DNA of 64,000 bases from Calditrichia bacterium (GTDB lineage Bacteria; Calditrichota; Calditrichia; JAJRVZ01): contig CAVXXB010000005.1 of NCBI GenBank assembly GCA_963765585.1, positions 182,402 through 246,401 of the forward strand, given 5' to 3'. A program made the translations under genes and the position numbers. Below the pieces are notes generated by a model, which was given only the letters and a program-made list of their open reading frames with translations, was not told where the DNA came from and did no database searches. Below are positions 51,810-63,278 of the stretch, in pieces (positions within the stretch are counted from its first letter, which is position 1; the number at the start of each line of letters is the position of its first letter).

Positions 51810-54146
51810 CTAAAAATCTGCTTTTACGCCAATGGTCGGTAAAATGGGAAACATATTCGTTGTTTCCACGGTCTGAATGACTCTGTCATCCAGTTCTTCA
51901 TTTTCGTATTCAATAAACCACACATTTTCACGATTACCGATATTAAAAATTTGGATATATGGTGACAATACCCAGGAATCATAGTGATGTTCATATGTCA
52001 GACTCAGATCGAGACGTATATAATCAGGCAATCGAAAATTATTGATTGCTGTAGGGAATAGGTAAAGCTGGTTGTAGTCTCTGTCTGGTATCCTTGATGA
52101 ATAATATGTCGAGCTGGTGAGAGTGATGGGCTGCCCGGACGAATAAACAAAGTTGGCGCCGAACCTCCAACGTGTTTTATCATTTTTATAGGGTTTATTC
52201 TTTAACGATCGCCACACATTTTTGATATCCATATTGAAAACAAAATTGACCACATGGGTTCGGTCATGTCGCGGTTCGTACGAATTTCCCTGATTTATGC
52301 CCTCAACCACATACTGGGTTTGCGCCAGGGAGTAAGCCAACCAGCCATTGATTGCGCCATATCTTTTTCTCAGTAAAATTTCTAAGCCGAGTGAATTACC
52401 GTCCCCGCGATTGAAAAGACCTTCAGTCTCGGTAAAGATGGGTCTGCCCCTTGAATCATACCCTGTGGGTGTAAAATCAATAAAATAATTTGTAAGCGAA
52501 TAAAGATTATCATATTCTTTGTAATAGGTTTCGATTTCCAGACTGACATTATCACCTACCTCTCTTTGAAATCCCAAAATATAATGAACAGCCTGTGACC
52601 GGTCATAATTTTCATCAGATGTGAGCCAGATGTCCGCCACAAATGGACGCGGTACTTTGTGCAGGTATTGATAATAGATTCCAATTGATCCATTTATATT
52701 TATGGTCTCGGTCAGACGGTGTTTTATTGCCAGTCGGGGTGCCAGGTCATGAAAATTCTTTTCAGCGGAAAAGAAATTATATCTGAGCCCTGGTTCTATA
52801 TACCAGTCAGGGGTTGGCGTGTAAGGAACTGAAACATAACCGGTAAGGGAAGTCCTTTTTCGTTCAATATCTATTATGCCATTTGGGGAGTTTTGCTGAT
52901 ATGAATTGTCGATATTCTTTTGTTCAAACCCGAATTTTGCACTTATTTCCTGAGAAAACAGATATTCAAACTGTCCTTTAAATCCAATATCGGAAATTTC
53001 ATTTTCCTCCCGAACATTGACCTGAGTAAAACTGAACTCAGATGAGAAATTGCTTGCAGTGAACCAGATATTTGAGAAAAAGTTTGGATTAAATACATGG
53101 GTCCAGCGAATACTGCCGGTGGTGTTACCCCAGTTATAGTCAAGTTCCGGTGCATCCGGCTCTTCTGAGTCGAAATTATAATTTAGAAAATCTGTTCCGC
53201 TGAAAAAACTGAATGTTAATTTGTTATCGGCGTCTATATCGAAAAATGCTTTGAGATGACCATCATAAAAGTAATAATCCGGTATATCATCAACAAACAG
53301 CTTTCCAGTTTCGCCAATATAGGTTCGACGAAATGATCCGGAAATGGACCCGATATCTCCCAATGGCATTTGCAGTGTTGTTTTTGCCGATAGCAGGCTG
53401 ATTTCTGCCGTTCCTTGAAAGAATTTTCGATTACCATCCAGGTTGGTCACATCCAGAACCGATGACAATCTTCCGCCATAATCTGCGGTAAACCCACCCT
53501 TGGATATGGACACATCTTTTATGGCATCGGTATTAAACGTTGAGAAAAGGCCAAAGGCGTGCTCCGGGTTATATACATCGGCACCATCAATTAAAAAGAG
53601 ATTTTGATCTGACGTACCACCACGTACATATATCTCAGAGGAATAATCTGAAATGGGCAAGATCCCAGGAAGACTTTGCAATGTTCTGAGCAGATCCGTT
53701 TCGGCAACGGCAGGTACATTTTTAATTTCGAGAGGATTAATTTCTATGGTGGACACTTTTTGCCGGAATAATTTGAGCGAAGTGCGAACCGAGTCGGCTG
53801 TGACTGATACAACATCGGTTTCTAAATATGCCGGCTGCAATACAATATTTAGTTTCAATGGTTGATCTTGATTTAAACTGATTTTTTTCTGAAAATCTAA
53901 AAAGCCAATATAACTGCAAATGACGGTATAGCTGCCGGATGGCAAGCCAGATATGACATAATACCCGGAATGATTACTTACTGCGCCATAACTATCATCT
54001 TCGAGGTATATATTTGCACCAATCAGAGACTCACCACTGGATTCATCAATAACAAATCCACTGATACTGGAAGTCTGGCTAAACACATTCGTGAATCTGA
54101 GTAGTAGAATGATCGATAAAAACAATATTTTTCGGTTCAAAAACAC
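51810..54146 (-). CDS. TonB-dependent outer-membrane receptor (CarboxypepD_reg-like N-domain)
   Basis: The N-domain reads SGFVIDESSGESLIGANIYLEDDSYGAVSNHSGYYVISGLPSGSYTVICSYIGF. It has plug and barrel domains and the C-terminus ...IGVKADF. Confidence 0.85.
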   Translation of the reverse strand: MFLNRKILFLSIILLLRFTNVFSQTSSISGFVIDESSGESLIGANIYLEDDSYGAVSNHSGYYVISGLPSGSYTVICSYIGFLDFQKKISLNQDQPLKLNIVLQPAYLETDVVSVTADSVRTSLKLFRQKVSTIEINPLEIKNVPAVAETDLLRTLQSLPGILPISDYSSEIYVRGGTSDQNLFLIDGADVYNPEHAFGLFSTFNTDAIKDVSISKGGFTADYGGRLSSVLDVTNLDGNRKFFQGTAEISLLSAKTTLQMPLGDIGSISGSFRRTYIGETGKLFVDDIPDYYFYDGHLKAFFDIDADNKLTFSFFSGTDFLNYNFDSEEPDAPELDYNWGNTTGSIRWTHVFNPNFFSNIWFTASNFSSEFSFTQVNVREENEISDIGFKGQFEYLFSQEISAKFGFEQKNIDNSYQQNSPNGIIDIERKRTSLTGYVSVPYTPTPDWYIEPGLRYNFFSAEKNFHDLAPRLAIKHRLTETININGSIGIYYQYLHKVPRPFVADIWLTSDENYDRSQAVHYILGFQREVGDNVSLEIETYYKEYDNLYSLTNYFIDFTPTGYDSRGRPIFTETEGLFNRGDGNSLGLEILLRKRYGAINGWLAYSLAQTQYVVEGINQGNSYEPRHDRTHVVNFVFNMDIKNVWRSLKNKPYKNDKTRWRFGANFVYSSGQPITLTSSTYYSSRIPDRDYNQLYLFPTAINNFRLPDYIRLDLSLTYEHHYDSWVLSPYIQIFNIGNRENVWFIEYENEELDDRVIQTVETTNMFPILPTIGVKADF

Positions 54147-54566
54147 TCCCGGCTGATCTCGTTTTCATAGTTGGATATTGGAAAAACTATCTAATACTCC
54201 AGACTACTAAATTATAGTCAGAACTATAATAACAACATTAGTCATGAACGATACATGAGTGAACAATAAGTATGACAACTCTATTCCATTAAAAGATCAT
54301 AATATAGCAATTCATAATTTACAGAACCACGGCTTTTATCAAAAGGTTATGCGAGTGTGAATTTTAAAAAAACCGCTAAATATTGGAATTTTGATGTGAT
54401 ACTCAACTAATATTATAAGTAACAATTGACAAAAAGTTTCTATTCGGGAATTTCTAACACAATTCTAACAAACATTCTTGGAAAGATTCTATATTTTTAG
54501 AAATATGTTTGTAATGTAATGCAGCTTTGTTAATTTATTCGCAATCTATATTTCGAGGATTTATCT

Positions 54567-55988
54567 ATGGTGAAAAATAATATATTACATCAGTCTAATT
54601 GGCTGTTAATTCTCATCGTATGTGTATTCATGCAAAAAAGTGGGTATGCACAATCTCCCGATCCGTCTGAGACTGTTTATCTGACAATGGAAGAAGCCAT
54701 CTCCATGGCATTGACGCAAAATAATCAGGTTAAGGCCAGTGAATACGGTGTGCTTCAGGCGAAATGGAATTACCGGGCGGCCTGGACCCGGATGTTACCG
54801 TCAGTAAATTTGACATCGCGTTATACCTGGATTGATGACAGCACATTTGCCCTGCGTGATTTTAGCAGATATTTTCAGGATCCTACTTCTCCATTTGGCT
54901 TCAATATTCCACAGACAGTCTTTCAGGAATCTTTTTATACCTCCATTGATGTAAATCTGCAGCTTTTTAATGCAAATTTATTTTATAACCTTTTTGTCTC
55001 AGAAGCCCAGGAAGAGGCAGCCGAATTCCAGGATGAAAGTACCCGCAGAAATATAATATTTCTGGCACTCAGTACTTATCTCAGTGTTTTGAAAAATGAG
55101 GAAATATTAAAATTACAAAGGGAATATCTGGATCTTTCTTTGCTCAATTATGAAAAAGCAGAGCGTATGCAGTCTGCCGGCCGGTACTCAAAATCAGAAG
55201 CGCTGCGCTGGAAAGTAGATTACCAACGGCAAAAGGGAATTGTGGTAGATAGCGAAAATCAGGTGCGCAGTGCCCATGCCCGGCTTTGTCGTGTAGTAAA
55301 TCTGGATATGAGAACGGCTTTAAAAATTGATCCGCAGATTCCTGAGCGTATTCTGGATGAAGGCAAACGTGTGGCCGCATTGTCTGATGAAGAAGTGATT
55401 AAAATGATTGATATTGATCAGGAAACACTTATTGCGGCAAATGCCGCATTATCGGCTGCCAGGAAGAATGAAGACATAAGCCGTTTGATGTATCAAAGCT
55501 CGCGGGCCAATTTTATGCCAAATCTGTCTCTGAATTATTCCTACGGATGGCGTGAAAATGAAACGGCAAATCTGGATGACTATTCACCGCAGTTATTAAT
55601 GGTTAATTTTAGTATCCCGTTATTTACCAGTTTTAATAACGTCTCAAAACTAAAATCCAGCTATTATGGGTATCAGCAGAGTCAGGAAAATTTCCAGGAT
55701 CAATTACAAAATGTGAGATTTATTTTGACCGAGACGGTTAATAAAATAATCAACCAGAAAACGCAATTGGAAATTTCAAAAGTAAATATTGAATACAATG
55801 ATCGGAATTACCGGATTGTTGAACAGCAAAAAGAACAGGGCCTGGTTTCCAATATTGATTTTATCGATGCCAAACTAAATCTACAGGATGCCAAACTTCA
55901 GGATATCAATACAAATTATGATTTTATCTCAGGAATCATTGAATTGTACTATTTGCTTGGTAAAATTAATGAAACGGTGCTCGAATAG
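54567..55988 (+). CDS. Outer-membrane efflux protein (TolC/OEP family)
   Basis: It has a signal peptide and two OEP repeats (LTMEEAISMALTQNNQVKASEYGVLQAKWNYRAAW...). Confidence 0.85.
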   Translation: MVKNNILHQSNWLLILIVCVFMQKSGYAQSPDPSETVYLTMEEAISMALTQNNQVKASEYGVLQAKWNYRAAWTRMLPSVNLTSRYTWIDDSTFALRDFSRYFQDPTSPFGFNIPQTVFQESFYTSIDVNLQLFNANLFYNLFVSEAQEEAAEFQDESTRRNIIFLALSTYLSVLKNEEILKLQREYLDLSLLNYEKAERMQSAGRYSKSEALRWKVDYQRQKGIVVDSENQVRSAHARLCRVVNLDMRTALKIDPQIPERILDEGKRVAALSDEEVIKMIDIDQETLIAANAALSAARKNEDISRLMYQSSRANFMPNLSLNYSYGWRENETANLDDYSPQLLMVNFSIPLFTSFNNVSKLKSSYYGYQQSQENFQDQLQNVRFILTETVNKIINQKTQLEISKVNIEYNDRNYRIVEQQKEQGLVSNIDFIDAKLNLQDAKLQDINTNYDFISGIIELYYLLGKINETVLE

Positions 55989-56006
55989 CATGAAAAATTT
56001 TTAGTT

Positions 56007-57128
56007 ATGAGGTTTTATAAAATGAAAAATATTATTCAACGCTTTCTATTTCCCGTATTGATGGTTGCCATATATTATTCGTGTGCACCTTCGGAATCAG
56101 AGTCCGACTCGACCGATTCGGCCCCAGCGATTAAAAATTCAATTTCGGTTGAAGCCAGGGTCGTGCGTGCAAAATTCGTGGAGCAAAATCTGTCTCTCAC
56201 TGGTGTATTAAAACCACTTAGAGCCGTCGATCTGGTCGCCGAAGTTTCAGGTAAAATTACACGGGTAAATAAACGGGTTGGCGATACGGTCTCAAAAACC
56301 GATATCATTGCCCGGATAGATGACAAGGTTCCCCTGAGCAATTATCAACATGCCCAGGCACAGGTATTGTCTGCTGAGGCAAATTTGCAAATTGCCAAAT
56401 TGAATTTAAAAAGTGATGAAGACTTATTTAATAACGGCGATATCTCAGAATTAGAACATCAGAATTCAATGTTGACGGTTAAAACGGCGGAAGCAAATCA
56501 TCAATCGGCTCTAGCCAGTCTCAGTCAATTTGAAAAGGCCTGGCAGGATACGCGAATTATTTCCCCAATTGCCGGTGTCATATCACGTAAACATATAAAT
56601 GCCGGAACGATGGTAATGATCAACATGCCCTTATTTCGCGTAGTAGATCTGAGTACCCTTAAACTGGAAGTGGGTGTTCCCCAGGAAATAATCAGCCGGG
56701 TAAGGAAAGGTAACCAGGCGCAGATCGAAATTTCAGGTCTTGCCGGTCGGAAATTTCCAGGTACAGTTGAAAGAATTTCACCGGAAGCCGATGAGAAGAC
56801 CGGCGCATTTAATGTTGAGATCCTGGTAAAAAATACCAGGGATAATCTCATCAAAGCCGGAATGACAGCAAAGTTGGACGTCACGATACGCACAGACAAT
56901 AACCAGATTGTAGTTCCCGATCATGCGATCGTTTTCAGGAAAAATGAAAAATTTGTGTATAAAATAAAAAATAAAATCGCGTTTCTGGAGCAAATCGATA
57001 CGGGTGAAACCATAGGTGGCCAGGTAGTGATTGCCGGAGGAGTGAGTGAAGGTGATACCATCGTCGTCGTCGGAATGAAAAATCTGGGCGTCGAAACCCC
57101 TGTGTGGATCGAGGAGTTGTATGAGTAG
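56007..57128 (+). CDS. RND efflux periplasmic adaptor (membrane-fusion protein, HlyD-like)
   Basis: It has a biotin-lipoyl-like hairpin and beta-barrel regions (SLTGVLKPLRAVDLVAEVSGKITRVNKRVGDTVSKTDIIARID). An alternative start lies at 56022. Confidence 0.85.
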   Translation: MRFYKMKNIIQRFLFPVLMVAIYYSCAPSESESDSTDSAPAIKNSISVEARVVRAKFVEQNLSLTGVLKPLRAVDLVAEVSGKITRVNKRVGDTVSKTDIIARIDDKVPLSNYQHAQAQVLSAEANLQIAKLNLKSDEDLFNNGDISELEHQNSMLTVKTAEANHQSALASLSQFEKAWQDTRIISPIAGVISRKHINAGTMVMINMPLFRVVDLSTLKLEVGVPQEIISRVRKGNQAQIEISGLAGRKFPGTVERISPEADEKTGAFNVEILVKNTRDNLIKAGMTAKLDVTIRTDNNQIVVPDHAIVFRKNEKFVYKIKNKIAFLEQIDTGETIGGQVVIAGGVSEGDTIVVVGMKNLGVETPVWIEELYE

Positions 57129-57260
57129 GGCTCGGCACTAGGCACTGGGTACTCGGTACTCGGTGCTCGTCGCTAGGCACTCGGCACTGGGATAAATAAT
57201 TTGAGATGAGAGATTAGAGATTAGAGATTAGAAATAGGCAATAGGCGATGGGTGATTGTC
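57129..57260. repeat. Degenerate heptamer arrays directly after the MFP stop: family H2 (CTCGGCA/CTAGGCA/CTGGGTA, x8) then a GAGATTA-type array
   Basis: The first array reads ctcggca ctaggca ctgggta ctcggta ctcggtg ctcgtcg ctaggca ctcggca ctgggat. The second reads gagatta gagatta gagatta gaaatag gcaatag gcgatgg gtgattg. Confidence 0.65.
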
Positions 57261-57385
57261 GCGTCGCAAATCATTTCAATATATAATCCCTAATTAATTC
57301 TGCGTCTTTGCCAGAAATAAACGATATTGGCTTCATGTCTCGGCTTAAAGGTCTATACAAGATGACTTTAAATTTATCAACTTAC

Positions 57386-57465
57386 ATCCTGTGTCCTGTA
57401 TCTTGCATCAAGCATCCAGGATCCAGAAACCAGCGCCGAGTGCCCGGTACCGAGAAACAAGAACT
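57386..57465. repeat. Heptamer array of family H1, followed by an inverted partial copy of the H2 motif
   Basis: The H1 part reads acatcct gtgtcct gtatctt gcatcaa gcatcca ggatcca gaaacca. The tail gcgccgagtgcccggtaccgag is the reverse complement of the ctcggtaccgggcactcggcgc-like H2 motif. Confidence 0.6.
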
Positions 57466-57502
57466 ATAATTTTTAGCACGATCAAACTTCAAGGACAACA
57501 CC

Positions 57503-60500
57503 ATGTCAATCGCTGAATTTTCGGTAAAAAAACCGGTTTTGGTAAACTTGTTAATGATTGGATTGTTTATTGCCGGTGGCATCTCTCTTTTTCAATTACC
57601 GACAGAGTTAAATCCCGAGATAAATTTCAACTGGGTATTCATCACGGTGATTTACCCGGGAGCCGCACCCCATGACACAGAAAGTCTGATTGTCGATCCC
57701 ATTGAAGCAGAAGTCAAGGATATTGATGATATAGAAGAAATTCAGTCCAATGCCGGTGAAGGTTTTGGCTTTATAATGGTAAAGTTCAAGGACATGTCGG
57801 ATGCTGAGTTTCGCGAGCATTTTCTTGATCTCAAGGCGGAAATTGATAAAGTAAAACTTCCCGATGAAGCCGAGGATCCGTTGATTGAAGCTTTTGACAG
57901 CGGTGATTTTCTTCCGGTTATCACCATCAACATGTCCTACTCCATCCCTGACAATAATGCACAAAAAATTGCGGATGAGTTGGAAGAGGACCTGACAGAT
58001 CTTACCGGAGTTGCTAAAGTGCAGGTTTCCGGTCTGGCTGAACGTGAGATCTGGATTGAAGTGGACCCGGTAAGAATGAATGCCCTTGGGGTCACATTTG
58101 ATGAAATTGTGATGGCGTTAAAAGTCCGGAATTTAAATGTTCCCGGGGGTAATATTACATTTGGCAAAACGGAGTATTTAATACGCTCATTGGGCGAATA
58201 TCAATCGCTTTCTGAGATCGGACAAACAATTGTCCGGACATCCGGAGGTAACGAATTTATAAAGATTAAAGATGTCGCCGAAGTAAAAGACCGGCGGAAG
58301 GAAATGGTGATTTTATCCCGTCTGAATGGCGAGCGATCCATAACATTTTCAATATCAAAACAAAGTGATGTTAATTCCATTGATGTGATTGACCGTATTA
58401 AAGCCCTGGTAGATGAATATCAACGTGAAAGTCCCGATGGCATTGAGATTAGTTATTCCAATGACAATTCTACCATGATTACCCGTAGCATTAATGTTTT
58501 GCGGAACAATGCCCTAACCGGTATGATACTTATTGTACTTGTCCTGTATTTTTTCCTTGGTAAAGCCAATGCCGGACTGGCATTGCTGGGAATACCTATA
58601 TCATTCTTCATCACATTTATACTGATGAATATGTTAGGGTACAGTCTAAACGGCACCACATTATTTGCCCTGGTTATGGTGCTGGGTATCATTGTGGATG
58701 ATGCGATTATTGTGATTGAAAATTGTCACAGATATCGCATGATGGGTTTTAATTCTTTTGAATCAGCCATTCAAGGCACCCGGGAAGTAGTGGCACCAAT
58801 TCTATCCTCGATCGGAACGAATATTGCCGCATTTCTGCCATTGATTCTGCTTCCGGGAATCATGGGTAAGTTTATGCGCATTATCCCGATTGTCTTTTCG
58901 CTGGCATTAGTCGCCTCATTGTTTGAGGCATTTTTTCTCTTGCCTTCACATTATGCCGACTGGACGATCAAATCAAAAATATACAAAAAGGGTGAAAAGC
59001 CGTTCTATAAAAACTTACGCAGACACTATAGTCATCTATTAATTAGAATATTACGATTTCGCTATGTGGTATTAGGTGCTATGATTATTATATTTCTCGG
59101 ATCGTTTATGATTATTCCACTGGTTGGGGTTGAGCTGTTTGGCGAGGAAGATTTTGATCAGTTTAGAGTGCTGATCCGGCTTCCTGAAGGCAGCAGCCTG
59201 GATGAGACGGATCGTGTTATTAAAAAATTTGAAGCCGTTGCCAGGGAATTACCTCAATCTCAGATCCGGGCGATTATCACAAATGTGGGTTTATTACAAG
59301 GCAATGAGGAATGGCTTACACGAAAAAGTGTTGGCCAGCTGAATATTTGAGCTGGAACCGGTTGAAAAGCGGGATGTGAGCACCGACGAGATAATTACGC
59401 TTATGCGTGAATATACAAAGAATATCAGCGGACCAATTGCCATCGAGTTTGAAAAAATATCAGGTGGCCCTCCTGTGGGGAAGCCCATAGCCGTAAAGGT
59501 GCAGGGTAAATATCTTACGGATATCAAACAGGCATCTCTGGCGTTACAGGATTCATTGCGATCCATGTTGGGAACGTTTGATATTAGCGATGATTTTCCA
59601 CCCGGTAAACAGGAAATCAGAATAAAAGTCGATGAAGATAAAGCAGCCATGTATGGTTTCAATACTCAATATGTTGCATTGAATGTTCGCTACGCGTTTG
59701 ACGGGGTCGAAGCGACTGAATTCCGCGAAGGGGATGATGAAATAGATGTGATCGTGAAGTATAACAAGGAGTATCGTTCATCGGTGGATGATGTGTTAAA
59801 TCTGAGATTAACAAATCAGACCGGACAAACCGTGGCATTACGGGATATGGTGACTTTCTCAATCGAAGCCGGTCCCGATGAAATAAGACGTTTTGACCAG
59901 AAACGAACCATCATTGTATCGGGTCAGATAGATGACCAGAAGACAACTCTTGATGCCATTAACGATAGATTAACAGATATCTTTCCCGAAATGGAGAATA
60001 AATTTCCTGGTATTAAGTTTAAGATTGGCGGACAATATGAAGAATTTGTAAATATCTTTTCCAACATCGGCCCGTTGTTTCTTTTAAGTTTAATTTTAAT
60101 ATTTTTGATTTTGGGTACACAATTCAATTCATACTCACAGCCATTGGTTATCTTAACCACGGTGCCATTTGCTCTGATTGGCGCGCTGTTTGGATTATTG
60201 ATATCCAACAATCCGTTCAGTGTGATTGCCCTGTACGGGTTTGTAGCTCTGGCGGGAATTGTGGTAAATGATGCCATTGTGATGATGACTTTTATAAATA
60301 ATAGACGCAAGGACAGTCCACTGAGTGTATTTAAAATATGGCGCAGTATTGTCAATAGCGGGCGTTTGCGACTGAGACCGATCATACTGACCTCTTTAAC
60401 CACCATATCCGGTCTGATCCCCATGGCATTTGGTATTGGCGGGTCATCAGCCATGTGGTCGCCTCTGGCCAATGTGATCCTGTTTGGATTGCTGTTTGCC

Positions 60501-60602
60501 ACGGTGCTAACATTGCTGGTGATACCCAGTTTCATGGCCATTCTGGATGATATTAAGGGAAGCCGGAAGAAGATACGCCGTAGTTTAATGGCGGAAATGT
60601 AG
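57503..60602 (+). CDS. RND-family efflux permease (AcrB/HAE1-like); frame break at T-run 59346-59348
   Basis: ORFs 57503-59350 and 59376-60602 are contiguous AcrB-like halves. The second frame is open from 59343 as IFELEPVEKRDVSTDEIITL.... Removing one T at 59346-59348 joins the two into ~1030 aa. Confidence 0.8.
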
Positions 60603-60741
60603 GGACATGGCATGTTGAATACTACGTTAACTGGGCTGTGTACTCTGTTAAGCACCTGATTCCCTTAGTCCCTGAGAGATGCAAAAAAGTGATAAATATA
60701 AAGAATCTTTTATCCGTATTGTAAATGATCAATAATAATAA

Positions 60742-62459
60742 TTACTTCTGTGTTACCATAAAATCCCGCAGTCGGTTTAAAGTAAAGGCAAACTCGTGAG
60801 ATCTGAATCCGGCAAAATTTGGTGAAATTTTTTGGTCAATTATATCAATTCCAAATTCATCAATATCATTTGATATGTGCTCAGATATTTCCCTCAACGT
60901 GTTTTTTCCGTTCATATACTTTTTTGCATAATTAATGGCAAAGCCCAGGGCCTCTTGTTTGAGAAAGTTCAATTAACTGCTCCAGATCTGTCAGATCAAT
61001 TTCATGCTGCCCAAAATGTATTCTGTTTGTTTCTTTGGCATAAATCCCGATCTTACCATACTGATTCTCTGGATTTATTGATTCGGCCAGTGGAATTCGT
61101 GCTGTTATGTTTACAGATTCTCCGGTATTTTCTGTTTCGCGGTTTAGTGGAGAATTTTGCACAATTATTTTTACTTGTTCAGTCACATCAATGGCCTGAT
61201 AATTTTTCAGTTGAATCACATGATCTGCTACATCAAAATAATCGCCAATGCCCCCCAATACCAAGACAGTGCTGACACCCTGATTTTCATAGAGTTGACG
61301 GACATTATCTATGTAGCTTGAAATCGGTTCATCACACTTCCGGACGAGTTGTTGCATCTTTTGATCTCTGATCATAAAGTTTGTTGCACAGGTATCTTCA
61401 TCCATTAATAAGACCTTTGCCCCGCTTTCCAGCGCTTCAATAATTCCGGCAGCCTGGGAGGTACTGCCACTGGCATTTTCTGTTGAAAAATTAACTGTGT
61501 TTTTTAAGAACGGAAGATTATTTATAAATGATGATATGTTTGTATTCGTGATGTATCTTCCACTGTAATGCTCTGATCTTGACTGTATCAGGATCTGAAA
61601 CACAATATTCCCTGCCATCTCCGGGAATATGGTTATATATACCCATAGAGATCGAGTCGAGTAAAGTAGATTTGCCATGATATCCACCGCCAGTTATTAA
61701 TGTAACACCGGCCGGTATGCCCATACCGGTTATCCTTCCTGCGTGCGGCAGTGAAAGTTCAACCTGATATTTTTCAGGTGAGATAAAAGGTACTGCAGAT
61801 GCAGAATCGAGAGGCTGATGGTTGGCCCCACTTTTGCGGGGTAATATGGCCTGGTTTTTTATAAATGCCACTAATCCATGATCATGAAGTTGATGTCTAA
61901 GATCTTCAGTATCCTCAGCTACATCCAGGTGCAAGTCCAGTTCCTTCTGACTAATGTTTTTTGCAAGTAAAGTGTGATTCACAATTAGTGGTAATTCCTT
62001 AAAAAGCATATCCTTTGCAATTTCAGCATTGATTGATCTGCCTGAAGCCGGCAAGCCGATAAAACAACGTAGTTCAATCATGTTTTTACTTAATATCACA
62101 CTACTGCGCTCTAAAACCGCCTGACCCGGTTGGTTGATTGTGATGACTCCGCTAAAACCAGTGCCTCTGAGGCCCTTACCATGTTTTTGACAAGCGGTAT
62201 AAAATCTCCTGGTGAGATAATCCCTAAATGCGATTTTCCTTATTTTTGAATTTATGTCTGCCGATAAAATATCTTTTTCATTGCGGTTGACATGTATCCG
62301 GTAAATTCCGGTATGGGGAGGGGCATAGGGATCCTTGGGGATTTGTTCAAAAACGAGGCCATAATACTCGAGTTTGTAAGTTCCTTTTAGGTCCTGATAG
62401 GAACCATAGTCTTTACCATTAATCGAATCTAGTTTTTTTAAAATGATATCGCTATCCAT
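60742..62459 (-). CDS. P-loop ATPase of the 'ABC-ATPase' (PF09818-like) family; two frame breaks (near 61600 and 60950)
   Basis: Three overlapping minus-strand ORFs carry the Walker A motif ITGGGYHGKSTLLDSI. The combined length is ~560 aa, which matches that family. The family call is from memory. Confidence 0.45.
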
Positions 62460-62766
62460 TATAAGTTCTCTAATATGTAAGTAATATTATATTTTCTATT
62501 TATTTCGTTAACTAATATGAAAAATATTAAACGCGTTTACCTACAGTTTCTGAAGGTAATATTCAGAGAATGATTTTCTTAAATAGCAGGATCTTTGTGT
62601 AATAAATTTAGCGAATCACTTTGAAAGATCAAGAAATAATTATAATAATCAAAGGTGGAATAGAATTATACTTTTATAAAAAAATTATTGCTTTTAGTAA
62701 TTTAATGGTATACATTTGTACACCATTAAGTATTTATCTAATTAATATTATTCAGAGGGAGGATGT

Positions 62767-63154
62767 ATGGATGAGAAGTTAATGAAGCATGGTGCTTTTA
62801 GTCTGGTTTGAACTGATGACTAGTGATGTGGGTGCCGCCAAGAAGTTTTATTCGGAGTTGATGAAATGGGACATCAAAGACATGCCTATGGAAAATATGA
62901 ACTATTCTGTCGCCAGTGTTGATGGTGAAGATGTTGGCGGTCTTATGTCCATGCCTCCGGACTCAGAAGAAATGCCTCCGGCCTGGGGTCTATATATTAC
63001 AGTAGATGATGTGGATGCGACCGCAGCAAAGGCAAAAGAATTAGGCGGAAAAGTATTGGTTGAACCACAGGATATTCCCCAGGTTGGACGATTTTGCGTT
63101 ATTCAGGATCCGCAAGGTGCCTGGTTTTCCGCAATTACTTACGTCCAGTCATAA
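62767..63154 (+). CDS. VOC-family (glyoxalase/bleomycin-resistance/PhnB-like) protein; frame break near 62806
   Basis: There is an AGGGAGG RBS and an ATG at 62767 (MDEKLMKHGAFS). The frame then shifts to ...VWFELMTSDVGAAKKFY...GLYITVDDVDATAAKAKELGGKVLVEPQDIP. Confidence 0.65.
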
Positions 63155-63223
63155 CCCCGCCGGCAAATGCAGCGCCGGGATCTGATCCCGTAAATTCTGC
63201 ATTTCCTTCCCAAGCCCCGGAAA

Positions 63224-63261
63224 GCCTGAGGTGATTATCTTAATCCCTCAGGTTTTTTTTT
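63224..63261 (+). terminator. Rho-independent terminator after the VOC gene
   Basis: CCTGAGG tgattatcttaatc CCTCAGG followed by T9. Confidence 0.7.
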
Positions 63262-63278
63262 GATGGCATGCTTTTATT

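Noticed and set aside
849-63154. Frame breaks considered as programmed ribosomal frameshifts or as widespread pseudogenization
   Set aside because: There are no slippery-site or stimulatory-structure patterns. Several breaks coincide with homopolymer length errors, and the conservation is otherwise intact. Sequencing error is the simplest explanation.
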